Source: Marsupella aquatica (Eukaryota; Plantae; Marchantiophyta). From it: DNA of 64,000 nucleotides. Shown in pieces: positions 28,319-41,499 of the stretch (the first letter of the stretch is position 1; each line of letters opens with the position of its first letter). The notes under the pieces are model-generated. The model searched no databases. It was not told the DNA's origin and saw nothing but the letters and a program-made list of their open reading frames with translations. Position numbers and translations under genes: made by a program. The stretch lies in the NCBI GenBank assembly GCA_973895155.1, contig OZ316893.1, positions 2,192,420 through 2,256,419 on the forward strand, given 5' to 3'.

Positions 28319-31300
28319 CTTTCTTAATTCCGTCACTCATTCCTCTCGTTGGTATCCTTCTGCAACCTTCTCTTTCTTTCTCTCTCTCAACAATCTCTTC
28401 TCTCTCTTCCCCCTCACTTCTCAACCAAGCAATCCACTTTTCAATCCAGAAGCACTTCATTCAGACCATCAATGTGCCAACCCGTATGAAGTGCAAGCCA
28501 AATAATTAGCCAAACCCACCCATCATCACACTCAAAGTCACTCACTCTCGCAGCCCAAAAGATCGGATCATGATACTGATGATTGTCTTTTTCAGGCTTC
28601 TGCGCGTGTTTCATTATCCCAAGGAGAAGTAATAATTCTGGGCCTCGAAAACCCCACAAATTCATTCTCGTTCCCTCCATTATTAATAAACTGAACGAAG
28701 ATCACACAAGAACCAAAATATCCACCAGAGGGCACATTCCCCATGAATCCATTTTCCAAAGTCCCGAGCTCTGCACTCTGTCTAATAGTGAGCTTCCGAT
28801 GTCCCAGTCTCATTTACCAGAGCCCCAATCGACCGCTCAGAACTGCCTGTGACACTGACACAGGGCCTACGACCGTCGATTGAACGCAAATTATTCTGCC
28901 TTGCTATTGGGCCACGGAGATCTGCTGCTCAAAAAGCCACCAATCCATGAGTTATTTGCCTTCTCGATATTACTCCACTGCCCCAAATCGCGTTTCGAGA
29001 TCTCCCCATCTGCACCGTCGAGAAACCCAGATTCACGACACCGACAGGATCGGTCAGGCCGCGGCAAATGACAAATCATCTTTGTCCTGCAGCGCGAAGG
29101 AGATGCCGGATTGCCCGGGATCGAATCTTCCCCGTTTCCACGTAGTGCGCTGTGGCGGGCAGCTCCCTTAATCAGGTCACGATTACGTCGCCCGAGTATG
29201 GGGGAATGTTAATTAAACACAGAATGTTCTCTGTAAACAGTCTAATTTCACTTTCCTTTCCTTTCCTTTTCTTGACGTAACCGTAATTGTACAAGAATTA
29301 TAAAACGAGGACTAATTAATTAATTACTGCAGCATAAGCATAACTATTCTAAACTAATAAACTTATTACTTTCTGTATGACCGTACTTTCAACGTACGGT
29401 TTCGAGGCGTCCCAGTCTTCCATATTGTTGGGCTCCGTTTCGATTGTCTTCTGTCATAATGGACTTTTCACTGGGATCTTTATTGGTGCCGGGATCTGCG
29501 GCGGACTGCTGCCCCTGCCCGGAAAACTGAGCCCAGACGAGCGACGTGGATCTTGTCGCTCTCAGACAAAATACCCTCTTTCGACCGCGACGTGGCAGCC
29601 TCCAAGGACGTTCAAGTGAGTGCATTCTTTTTTTTAACAAAAAAGCTTTTTCAGATGCTTTTTTAGATGCTTTATAAAGTTTGGGGGAGTTAATGAATCT
29701 CCACTCATGCTCCTTTTCACATACTAATTATCAAAATAAATCCAATGAACATAAATTAGAAGATCTCCTTCCCCACCTGTCTCTATGTGTTTAAAAGTTA
29801 AAAAGAATTGCATTCTTTCTTCTCCACTTCATTTTGTAGTCCAAGGTAGTGTCATAAGTCATAGCCTCTCAGACGCTGAAAGTTTCAGGTTTCTTCATTC
29901 TAGACATTCTTCCTAGTACATAATCAGTTTCCCACCAAGCCCATTCTCTAGAATTCCTTCCCGACTGTAGATTATGGGGATCAACCAATTATCAATCCAC
30001 CAGCTGCCCACATGGAATTGATGGCGGACGGCCAGCTCTAGCAAAATGAAACCAATATACGTGGTCAGCCTTGAATTTGAAAGCATTTCTTCACAAAATT
30101 GATCCTTAACCATTTCTTCGTTCCTTCAAAGCAAACGCCAGCTTTGGTAAAGGACCGTGTGTGTTTTCTTTGTATTACATTCCGCTAAGTTCTAGTCTAG
30201 CAAGCAGCACTTTGCAGGGTGAAATTGTTGTGCATCTCAATTTACAGGTTTTAGTTTGAGCAGCCTCAATTCCCTCCATACTTCCCTGTATACACTTTAC
30301 ACATAATGACACAGCAGGGACATCGGCTCAATCGTCCATAGAACACGTATGTGAGGGTGGGATAGAGCTGGTATAGCAGATCGCACTTTTTCCTGAACTG
30401 GCACAAGTGATAAGGGCTGCATTGTGAAGGACAGTCAACATGCGAGTTGGCCCTAATGATAATTGTCAAATAGAGGGATCTAACTATTCAAAATTAATCA
30501 AGGATTAGATACAGTAGAAGTCACTCTGTAATTGATCCTAGGTTAAATTTGTTTGATTACTCTAGATTCAAGTATGAAGGTTGCATTCTACACTCTTCAT
30601 CTTGATTAGTCTTACTAATTCTATTTGGGTGGCTGCTCAAGATTTGGACCTCTCAAGATTTAGCCTTGCCAATGTTAATTTTGGAGTGACACTATTTACA
30701 TGTGTATAAAATAAAATGTGGCTACTAGTAATTAAAGTGTTTAGATAAGATTAATTCAACGTGTCTGCAGAGCCTAGTTTGTGATAGGAAATTATATTTT
30801 ATGGTTATGGAAAAGCAAAATATTGTGAATCCCCATTTTAAAATGGATGAATCAATCAAGATTTCTATTCATCAAACATATGAAAACAAATCAATACACC
30901 ATTATTCTTTAATTGGCAAAAATGAAAGATTTGAAGTTTTAATCTTTAAATCACAAATACAATTTAAGGTTATAAATGATACACAATTACTCTTATTTTC
31001 TCGTCAAAACATTTCATCATTTGATTTAGACTACTAATGCTTGCCAAAACATTCCATCACTTGATTGAGATTTACTATGCTAATTGAGTGAAATACTAAC
31101 TACTGTATATTGGGGTAGGTAGTAAAATGATTAATGAATTACACTCAACTTACGTAATTTTCTCCAAATCTATTAGACAACAAAAATCCAGCGAATTTTC
31201 GCCAAAAGTGCTGAACACAGTTTAGACAGCTAAAATCCAGCAAAATTTCCGCCACTGACAAACGCTGCTCTCGGGAATGTTTACTTGTCAGAGTGTGGCT

Positions 31301-32059
31301 GACAGGGAGCGGTAACTTCGAAAACGTTAAAAAGTGCGAAACTGAAATTAAACTTTCGGGCAGACCGGGTTGTCGGAAATGAATAGGTATGGATTCTGCG
31401 CGGTAAGTACTAGGAAGTGACGGAACGGTACATGTTATGCTATGTGGATGATCTGTCGATGAGGATAACTATGTGCTACATTTTCGGGAAACGTGGGTGG
31501 CTGCCCTTATTAGATGCTGACGATGGTACGGTCTTAGCAAGTCAAATTGTTTTTAGGATATTAAGTGTGAAAAATAAACTGGACAGCCCCCAGCCAAATT
31601 ATATATTTCTGGACAACGTGGGTGGCTGCCCGCACTCGATGCTGTAGTTAGGTTTTTCGGAGAATAATGAATTTATGAATTGGAAAATAATATGATAGCT
31701 CCCACACGGGTAATCGAAACCTGTGAGTAACCAGTATTAAAAAGTAAGAAAACCTAGTTTCATTAGCAAAATTAGTCTCTAACCAGCCAAAACATGGTTA
31801 GTAAAATTCATTGTCCTCTTTTGGCTGGTCAAATAAGTCTTAGAAATGCACTCAAAGTATTAAAGTCAGCAAAAATCAAAAGAAATTAAAAATCACTAGT
31901 GACTCACTAACAACATTCTCCTAGATATCAAAAATTCCTGTTTGCTTGCATCATGCAATACCTCCTCCCAGCCAAATGGGGGTTGCGGTGCTGGGAGCCA
32001 CTTTATGGAGAGGTTTGTGGTAGGTCTCTTTTCTCAATCCCCATAATTGGGTCTTGCAA

Positions 32060-34010
32060 AACTCGGGCCCACCAGAAACTGCATCCAGTGTGTCACAAGT
32101 GGCGAGTTGGGGCATGCATTAGCAGCCTCAGTCCTGTCTTGCCAAAATGTATGTGGATGGAGGAATCATCCAATATCTTTTCTGGATACATCTCTTGTCA
32201 ATGTTCACTTGCCATTGATGGTCAATCTCCACTCATTGGAATTGGTTGGAACAGGTCTTCTGAGCAGCTATGTTTGACATTCAATATCCCCCACTCCATA
32301 CTAATGGAAGAGGCTATTTTTGAAGCTGCTATATGGTGAATGCACATCTCAGATTTTGTCTTATTCAATTTTTTGTGTAATGTATTTTCATTTCAATCTG
32401 CCTTATCAAGGGGCAGCCTTTGTATTCTATACATTTTTAATTTATTTTTAGACCCCTTTAGTTTTAGGTATTCTAGAGTGTTTTGAACTTATTTTGGCAG
32501 CCCCCTTTCACAGTATGTGTTTGCTTAGAGATGAAACCAAAGGCTCCACCACCACGAGTGAGAGAAATGATGCTGAAGAACATGAATGCTTAGCCTCTTA
32601 AGTTCTTCTCGTGTTTTTCTTTCCTAGGTTTATGGTTTTTATTGAAAGGAGTATCATTCATAAGGCACCCTGAGTTAAGTGCACACATAGTAGCATCTTT
32701 TGATTGTACCTTTTCTTGGTCACTGTGCTTTTCTTGGTATACACTTTACTTATATAACAGCACATCTATGCTCTCATATGTTATTTATTTTCAGATCACT
32801 ACAAGACAAAAAATAAAGCATGTTCCAGGATGAGCATGCTATATCCCCCACTCCATACTAATGGAAGAGGCTATTTTTTAGCTCATTAGAATTGGCTTGG
32901 AAATATGTTTTCAGTGAGCCTAGTACAACAAAATTCATTGACAATTGAGAAACATGAATTTCCAAAAATGACTTTCCTGTTTTCTTGTCACATTTGACTC
33001 ACCTATGTCATATGATATAGCACATAATATGAATTTGCTGCAAAAATACTCCTGGTTATGTCTGTTTACACACTTGAATAAAGGAAACCGTAAACAAAAC
33101 CTAGCCAAAAAATGTTACTAAGGGGTTCAGGCACTCCGGGCTTCAGTGAAATGAGGTGCCCAAGGGGCAATACTTCTTACTAGAGTGGCTGATACAGGCT
33201 ACATGGTAAACCCATACTTCCATAACAATCCGCATGTAAATAGTAAAATTGTCACAAAGAAAAGCTGTCTTAAAATGGTTTGATTGTGAGCTCTTTCCTC
33301 AACCAGGTCATGGGAAATTTGTAACTCGCGCTCCAGGCTCACCAGAAGCTGCCTCCAGGAAGCCACAAGTGGCAAGTTGGGGCATGCACTACTAGTGCCT
33401 CCAGCATGTCAGAAGTGGAGTTGGGGCATGCAGTAGCAGCCTCAGCCCTGTCTCGGCAAACTGTGTGTGGATGGCATCAATCATCCAATCTCATTTCTGC
33501 GTATATCTCTTGTCAATGTTTGCAGTTGGGGCATGCAATAGCAGCCTCGGCCCTGTCTCGGCAAACTGTGTGTGGATAGCATCAATCATCCAATCTCACT
33601 CATCCAATCTCACTCATTCGAAGTGGCTTGGGAGTATCTTTTCAGTGAGCCTAACATACTAAAAATTTGTTGAGAATTCAGAAACATGAATTTCCAAAGA
33701 TAAATATCTGATTTTTCTTGTCACATTTCACTCACCCATGTCATATCTTAACAATATAATATTTAATTGCTCCAAGAATGTTCCCAGTGGTCTCTTTGAA
33801 TAAAGAGAACAAAACTTAGCCCTTAAATTCCAAGGGTTTCTGGCACTGTGTATATTGATTGAAATGTGTGCTCAAGTGCGGGCCCAAGTGACAGTACTTA
33901 TTACGAAGTGGCTGATACAGAGTGTACCTGTACTGCCATCAGAATCCGCACATGAAAGGGTAAAATTGCCAACAACAAAATAAATGTGTTTCTTCTAAAG
34001 GTTTGGATGT
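32060..34010. repeat. Nested local duplications
   Basis: The block GTTGGGGCATGCA..AGCAGCCTC..CCTGTCT..TGTGGAT..ATCATCCAAT occurs at ~32106, ~33420 and ~33525. The block TTTTCAGTGAGCCTA...GAAACATGAATTTCCAAA...TTCTTGTCACATTT...GTGGCTGATACAG occurs at ~32908 and ~33639. ATATCCCCCACTCCATACTAATGGAAGAGGCTATTTTT occurs at ~32284 and ~32841. Confidence 0.8.
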
Positions 34011-34309
34011 GAGCCAAAGAGTGAAAGAAGGAAAAAAGATTTCTATAAAAAGTGAATAATAAACAAGTGAAATGGGTATAACCTTTAAGTAAATGACAAA
34101 AGAGAAAAAGGACAATGAAGAACTTCAATTGGATTCTTAACTTTAGATTCATGCAAAAAGGGACTCATGGAGAAACAATGACACCCCAATCTGAGATTCA
34201 AGTAAAAATAAAGAATCTATCCTGTGTGGAAAGAGATAACGCCCACGGATCTAATTTCCACCTAAAATTAATGGTCAACTTTTGTTGCCTTGAAATCCAA
34301 AAGTAGACA

Positions 34310-34619
34310 CATCCAACAGAGGATAAATGCTCTAAGTTGGAGCCCGCTTTGGAGTATGGACCACTATAGGCTAGCCCACAAGGGGAGACTATATCCAAGG
34401 ATCCAACAACTACCCAGACCAGGAGGGGGAGAGGGTGGGTTGAACCAGGGCCCCAAAGCAGGCTAGTCATGGGCTGAGGAGAAACCAAGACTCTCGCCAC
34501 TACACCTTACCCACACATACACACACATACCCTCCACACCCCTTACGTGTGGAGGGGAGAATGAACCCAGTGGCACCTCTCGGTTCTAGGCTCATACTCT
34601 AGCCAGCTGGTTAATGCTC
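34310..34619 (-). mobile_element. Possible tRNA-derived SINE
   Basis: The minus strand begins GAGCATTAACCAGCTGGCTAGAG (A-box-like) and has GGGTTCATTC (B-box-like) about 35 nt downstream. No clear TSD or tail was found. Confidence 0.35.
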
Positions 34620-35658
34620 AACTCTTCATGCATGGATTGAAGCCACGCATGAAGTAGTACAAATCAATTCATACATCTATAATGAGCACCTAAGTAAAGT
34701 GACATAAGCCTCCAAAATATACACTAAATGTAATCAAATTTGTAAATTATTTGTGACAAGGACCTAAGACAACCTCGACGAGCAGTCTGCTTGAACTGAA
34801 GGGGAAGTGTTCTTTAATTTTACTGCTTCCCTCCAAATAAATAATGCGCATAGAAGCCCCCAAAATTGAAAATATCATGGGTAACAATCAGGAAAAGATT
34901 ACCTGTTAGATGCGCTTTAAGTCATCATACTAGTTTGTTTTATTATTGGCTCATGTTAAGTGATGACAATATGGTATGTGAAAAGATACTATACATGGGC
35001 ACATGAACTATTTTTACCCCTATATTCTGGGATATTCCTAAAGGTCTAAAGAAGACAGCAATGTTCTATAATTCTCAAATTTGGATTGGAAAAGCCATGC
35101 ACAAGACCCATATTGCATTCCATAGCTACAGTAGGAGATTCAGTTCTTTCTAAAACTGTGAAAGCAATTTACTCACATGTGATTGGTATTAGAGAACAAA
35201 TGAGGTCCCCCAAACATTTCAATGGCCATTGTAGTTTTGGCAGAACTTCATTGCAGGTTTATCTCAGGGGGTTTCACTTCCACAAAAATGACTTATCACG
35301 TGTGATAAATGATAGGGTCATTTTATTGGTTCAAAGGGAAGATTTAAGAATTTTCTCAGAAAAACAATAGGGTCTTTTAAATCCAATTTTGAGACTTGTA
35401 AGAACATTAGGGTCCTTCTAACCAAAAAATTGGAATATTTCAAGAATATTCTAATTTTGTAGGGGTTGAAAAATAATTATTTTCTTACATTTTTGGGGTT
35501 TCAAGACCTAAAAATGTTGCAGGTGATGAGGGGAGGCCTCCATATGGTGAGACCCCCAAGAGGTTTATCAACCAAATGTGGTAGATAATGGCCAATGTTT
35601 TTGATACTGCTATATGGCAGAACACACTTTGGTTATCTTGTCTTATTAGAATTGTTTG

Positions 35659-35684
35659 ATATATATATATATATATATATATAT
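35659..35684. repeat. (AT)n microsatellite
   Basis: Perfect AT run. Confidence 0.95.
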
Positions 35685-36616
35685 TTATTTATGTTAGTTT
35701 GGTCTATTCTATGCTTTTTGTTTGTATTTTTCTGAATTAAGTGATTTCTTCCAACCCCTTTAATTTTTTCAAGTACTTAGTTTTAAGTATGTTACATAAA
35801 TTTCTATAATCTTTTTATTATGACACCTTATCATATTCCTCTAGTTTAACTATTTATTTATGCTATAGGCACTCCTCATCTTCATGATGAATTTAAACTC
35901 TCCAAACTCAACTACTGTATGACACTATCTAACCATGCCCTGTAACTTATATGTCTATTGTTAAGAAAATTCCAATGCTTATGGTTTATAGGTTAATAGA
36001 TGTCAACTAAACAGAGCCCCTAACTAAATAGAAAGCCCCCCATATTTTAGAAAGGTACAAAATTAGTTTACTTCGCTTTCATCACAAAATACTTGACTGA
36101 CAAGGTACATTCACTTGTACAATCAACTTAATGTACTTGTTTCACCCACAGAGTAATGTGCATCTTTTCATTTTAATGATATGTATTTTTTTATAATATT
36201 CAATAGTCTTGAATAGAAGATAATAGCTTGTGTTGCATAAATTATATTTTATTGTGAATAAATTAAAATAGATGTGTATTAGAACTGGCGATTAAGTTCT
36301 AGAAGTTATTTTTGATCTACAAGCAGAATTTATAAATAAATGAGAACTTTGAGGAACGTTTTATGCCTTTTGCAAACTACTATGTACTAACAGTATTCTT
36401 TATTCCTTAGTTTAGCTCTTTGTAATGCACACCCTTCTCATCCATTGGGCGGATCAATAGGACAGGTGACTGTGCTGCAAGTTCAATCATTGTCTACACA
36501 TATATGTCATTTTTTAGGTCATTGAAAATTCATCCCTAATTGGTACCATGTAAGACAGTTGTCAAAACCATCAATGTGATTTGGGTTTGTGTCAAGTACT
36601 TTATTAATGACTCGAA

Positions 36617-37438
36617 ACTACCGAACATATGTTTTTTAGCTGCAGCACTGTTCAAAACCGGTGGAGAGAGAGGTGTGCACTCTATTGCATGGATCGGACG
36701 CGATGCAGATTGACACGGGATCCCTTTATGACATCATCTATACTGCTATCAAGAGGCACAAGAGGAGACCTGGCCCCCTTGTCTTAATTATGGAGATGTG
36801 CTCAAGCATTTGGAAGGAGAGAAATGCAGCCACTTACACACAATTCCTGGGGAGACTCCCGGGATGGGTGGTATTACGGCAAACCGCCACACATCTTCTT
36901 GCCATGCTTGATGTCAGCAGATCAGAAAACAAAAGGAGACAATTGAGGAAAGCTATCAGTCAACTCCAAGTGGTTTCGCAACCCTGGGAGACTGTGGAGA
37001 GCCCACGTTCAATCTGCATGGACGATAATGATGACTGACAGGATGTTTTTTTGCGCTAGTAGCCAACACCTTAAGTGTGTGGGACATATTGGTTGGCATT
37101 GCGCTCGCAAGAGCGAGAAGCCCAAGAGGGGTAATAGCCAGGAGAATAATCATGACTGGAAGCATCTCAATGAGGACACCAATGATAAGTGTCAGCTTAG
37201 GGGTAATACTCGAAAACATAGGATTCATAGAGAGGGAAAGGAGAAGTGTAGTTTGATGAATTCCAGGATCTCTAGGGTGGAGAATCTGTGGTGGCATTGT
37301 TGGGCTCTCTGGCCTGACTAGGGTTGGTGTTTCTGGGGTCTCTGGCCCGGGTGTTGGGCCCCTTTGTTTTCTTCCGGGTGGCTTTTGTCCCCATGCTTGT
37401 TATTGATGGGCCCTGCGCTCCCCTTTTTTGAAAAAAAA
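36617..37438 (+). mobile_element. Strongly 5'-truncated LINE 3' end
   Basis: TSD AATGACT(C/T)GAA at 36606-36616 and 37439-37449, with poly-A at 37431-37440. Coding remnant TEHMFFSC...IWKERNA matches the LINE ORF2 C-terminus. Confidence 0.85.
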
Positions 37439-38431
37439 AATGACTTGAATGTCAACATGGGAGGTGTCTCTTTCAATTTAAAGCACCTTACAAGAGGTGT
37501 CAATAAATTCATGTTTCTCATTCTTGAGCAACTACCGGTATTGAGAGAAATGGAAAATCAAGCCAGACTTTCAAGTTTTTCATCTTTGGTGATGGTCGCC
37601 ACCATCCCTTAAGTTAACCTCAACACCCCCTAACACCCTAGACCAGGAGGAACGGGGAAGTGGTCAACTAACCCAAGAGGGTTGCAAAGGGTGCGGTGCT
37701 TAGGGTAGAGGGACAACCATCCAATGGTGCTACCTAGCCAGAGTTGACCATCAAATTGTCCGTAGCTAACCTTAGTAAGTTAGATTGCTTCACCAGTAGT
37801 GGAAATATATGGCAATGTGGTAAATAAACTAACAATTGGAAAAGTGTGTATTTGAATAAAGTTTGGTCCCTTGAAAAAAAAGTGTCAGTTATGGTATATC
37901 TCACAATCCCAAAATTGAGGTTCCTCATTCTTGAGCAATACTGGAGCAATACAAATAATAATTTACAAGCAAAATGGAAAACTCAAGACCATAGCTCGAC
38001 ACATTCCACAACTAGGAGATTCAGATCTTTCTAAAGCTGTGAAATAATTCCTCGGAAAGGAAAATCTCAAAACCTTTCACCATTACTATAGATTGTCCAC
38101 AATTGGCCAGCACAAAAGGCCTTAATGTTGACAACATCCCAACTTTGAACTTATCCTCCATGACTAAGACTGCAAGTAAAGGGCAATTACTCTAAGGAGA
38201 AGAGGAAATTAGGAACAAGATCAAAAATGCCCTAGCCAGTTTGTGCAGAGAAATAGAATGTATGGATTTAGATGAAAACAGGATATGAGGACGCTCATTT
38301 TGTAATTGCTGCAAGGGTTACCATTGTTCTAAAAAGGAGAAGAACTATCAGAAAAGAAATATACTGCCAAACTTTCAGAATAGAGACACACACTACAAAG
38401 ACTATCAAGGACTGGCAAGAATTGACTAGCT

Positions 38432-38610
38432 ATGGCAGATGTTGTGCAAAAATGTGCACATTTGATAGAAGCCCTGAATAATGCTCAGCCCAATGCAAAA
38501 GTGTTTAGGAACCATTGCCTTGAAATCAGTTCTTGTGCAAATCACCTTCTCCCCCAACTTAAGGAAGTACAAAAAGAGTTACCTCAATTGGGTCATACTC
38601 CTGATGCCAG
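38432..38610 (+). CDS. Exon 1 of a four-helix-bundle (PUB N-terminal/MCAfunc/MLKL-N-like) protein gene
   Basis: ATG start. MADVVQKCAHLIEALNNAQPNAKVFRNHCLEISSCANHLLPQLKEVQKE resembles the 'A..FR..C..L......L.P.L.E+' pattern. Donor CAG|GTATGT, phase 2. Confidence 0.65.
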
Positions 38611-39797
38611 GTATGTCCTCACTAAGTCATGCATGGATAGCAATATGTTTCAAAAGCTTTCTCAGGGAGCTAATTCACAGTGACAACATGCACGCTATCT
38701 AAGAAGTGCAGTCATGCTTCATTGGGGATATTGCTTGCCTTAGCTTGTCGCACATGAAGTTATTATTTCCAAATGCTTGACCTAAAACCTCCAATGTCTT
38801 GTTGTCTCTGTCCATTTAGCTATTTCCAATTAGACTAAAATGGCTTGCATAATAGTTTACAATCCTTTGGCAAGACAAAAGGAATGTCTATTTCTGTGTA
38901 ATCTTCCTACTCAATCTATGGTTATAGTGAACAATTGAATTATTTTACAAAGATTTATCATGGAAGTTATGAGTGGTGAAATTGCTAGTGAGACAAGCTA
39001 TTGATGTGATTTTCAAACATTTTACTTAGATAATGTCTCAACCAAAGGGACCAATGGGATTATTTCAGAAGGGGTTGGATGCTTTCGTTTGATTCTCTTG
39101 AGATAATGCAGCCTCGGCTTATTTCTGTGATTTTCTTAAAGCTTAAGGGATGACTCCAGTGTAGCTGATAGGGGTCTCCTTATTTTATTCTTTCGTGAGG
39201 GGATTGTAATCTCTATTGTAATGCCTCAAATGAATGGAGTCGCTCTATGCAGGCTGCTCCACCGTCCTCTCTCACTCACAGCTTCCATACTTGTGATAAC
39301 CCATGAAATTCAAGCAATACAATGAAGATTTGCTTTTTACAGAGGGACCTCGCATTTCAGTCGTCAAAAATGCCCTAATTGCTTGCATGATCTGAAAGCA
39401 TGCTGCATCTCACATTCCTAAAAAACTTCCAATGAATTGAATTATTTGTCAAAACAATACAAATTGGACGTACTTGCACCCACCATGCCCTGCTCTGGAG
39501 CGAGTGCCTTGTCCTTTAGGGCCATGCATTACTGTGCAATATGAATTCTACTACAGTGCCCTCTCCTAGTGGTGAGCTAAGTACAATAATGGTTTGTTGG
39601 TTGAAGACTCCTTCAGACTAGGCTGAACCTGGCTTTCACATATAACACAAGTAGTCAGTTTGAGGCACAAGTCTGTTAAAGATCATTTGAGATTTATTTG
39701 AGTGAAAATGGAGGCACCGAGAAGAAGAATGTGCAATGAGATGAACATACTCTGAATGAAAGACAAATAACATAATACCTGGGTTGCAACTGTTCAG

Positions 39798-40107
39798 TCT
39801 AGTGTTCAACAGGTTGAATGCAGCCATGGAAGAGGCCTTGGCATTGTTGCGCAAGTGTGCTACAATGAGCAAGTTGGACAAAATGATGGACCAGAGTTTG
39901 TCTTTTGTTCACGAGCAGACTACGTCGTTGCAATCCCAATTGCCGCCAGGGCTTGTGCCCACAGGGCTCATGCCAAAAAACCTAGTGCCAGAGAAGGTTA
40001 TGCAAGGGTTGTCCAAGACCATCTTTGGTGAGCAGGGCCCCCCATCAGGAGACACTAAGCAAAGCCTTGTCTCAATTCTCCAAGAACTTAAGAAGGACAC
40101 GCAAGAG
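39798..40107 (+). CDS. Exon 2 of the four-helix-bundle protein gene
   Basis: Acceptor TGTTCAG|T is phase-compatible with exon 1. It continues S-LVFNRLNAAMEEALALLRKCATMSKL, matching the 'L..L..ALE.A..LL..C...SKL' helix. Donor GAG|GTTAGT at 40107/40108. The terminal exon is uncertain (candidates at ~40227 or ~40246). Confidence 0.65.
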
Positions 40108-41499
40108 GTTAGTACACTGCCTACCTAAGTACTCCTCTGCTCTTAGTTTTTTCAAACACATTCCAAGCTATAATTGTTTCTGCATTTACATCAACCTTAG
40201 CTTGCAATTAACTTTCTCACTTTAAGTACCTAGAATTACATGTAGAAAGAGCAAAAGACCATTGATGACTTCAATTTATGGAGATTGGCTGGCGTGCAAC
40301 AGGATTCCATGACTATGAGTTATTATGAATTTCAGTAAATCTAAGCTACCTTGCAAGTTTGGCATTTGCAAATACTGGTTGTGAGGGTTACAATAGGGCA
40401 AGGCAATTGTCACTTGTATGGAAGTAGATGCTTACATTCTTGTCCAGTAAGCTGAGATCCAATCGTAACAACAAAGTCGTAGTCCTTTCCTCCCAAATTT
40501 CCCATATTTGCATCAAGTGCAAATAGTCATGCACAAGAAAGTTTTGTTCTAATGGTTTAGAGAATTTCAAGTTTACACATACCCTGCACAAAAAGTAAGC
40601 ATTTTTCTTTTCAAACTACTGACAGTACAATGGCACAATTATTTTTACAATCTAAACACTGACAAATCAGTGATTACAAATAAGGCTTAGAATGTTCCTA
40701 AACTATGCATTGTAAATATTCCCAAAGTTTTGTAAGCACTACATATTTTTTTGGTCACATGGACAATTTCAATTAATTATTATTTTCTGTGCAAACCTGA
40801 TTGTCCCCATGGTTTGAATAGTGTAGTGACCCTTGGCCTCCAGGGAATTTTTTTTCTTCCTTTTGTTTTATAGAAAGCTAGGGGTTTCCTGGGCTCGGTC
40901 TTGGGGAGCCAATTGAGCAGCCCACTTGCTCACAGATCTAATTTCAGTTCCCTTTCACAACAAGAGAACTGCAGACCAGGCCACAAACAAGGGTGGGTCC
41001 TGTAACAACAACGGTCAGGTTAGGCATGTAAATAACACAAGACATCCATTTGGTGATCAGAGTTATCACCAAAACTGCTATAATTCTCCTGGAACAACCT
41101 TTTGACTACATTTATGAATTGTCTTTCTATGTCCACAAACTTTACTGTTTGTTTGAAGTGGGCCCAGAAAACTTGTGGTAGATTAGAGTTGTCCTAAAAC
41201 AAAGGCTAGATTAGAACAAGACATCAAGAGGGTTGGAAACGGGCCATGTCCGGACTGAAGTTTAACTCACGAAAGGACCTTCCTTTCGTGTACAATGGTT
41301 GGTGATTTTAGGCAACTCCAAGGGGATGGGCAGGCACAACATCTTGGTCGGGCAGGCACTTTGCATTTTGGGATACTATGGTTGCTAAGTCTAGTATGCA
41401 TCCAGAAATGATCAGATATTCATTTTTGGCACACTGCGCTTGTTACAGACAGTACACTCGTACATACAGATATTAAAACCATGCACTCATCACTAGATT

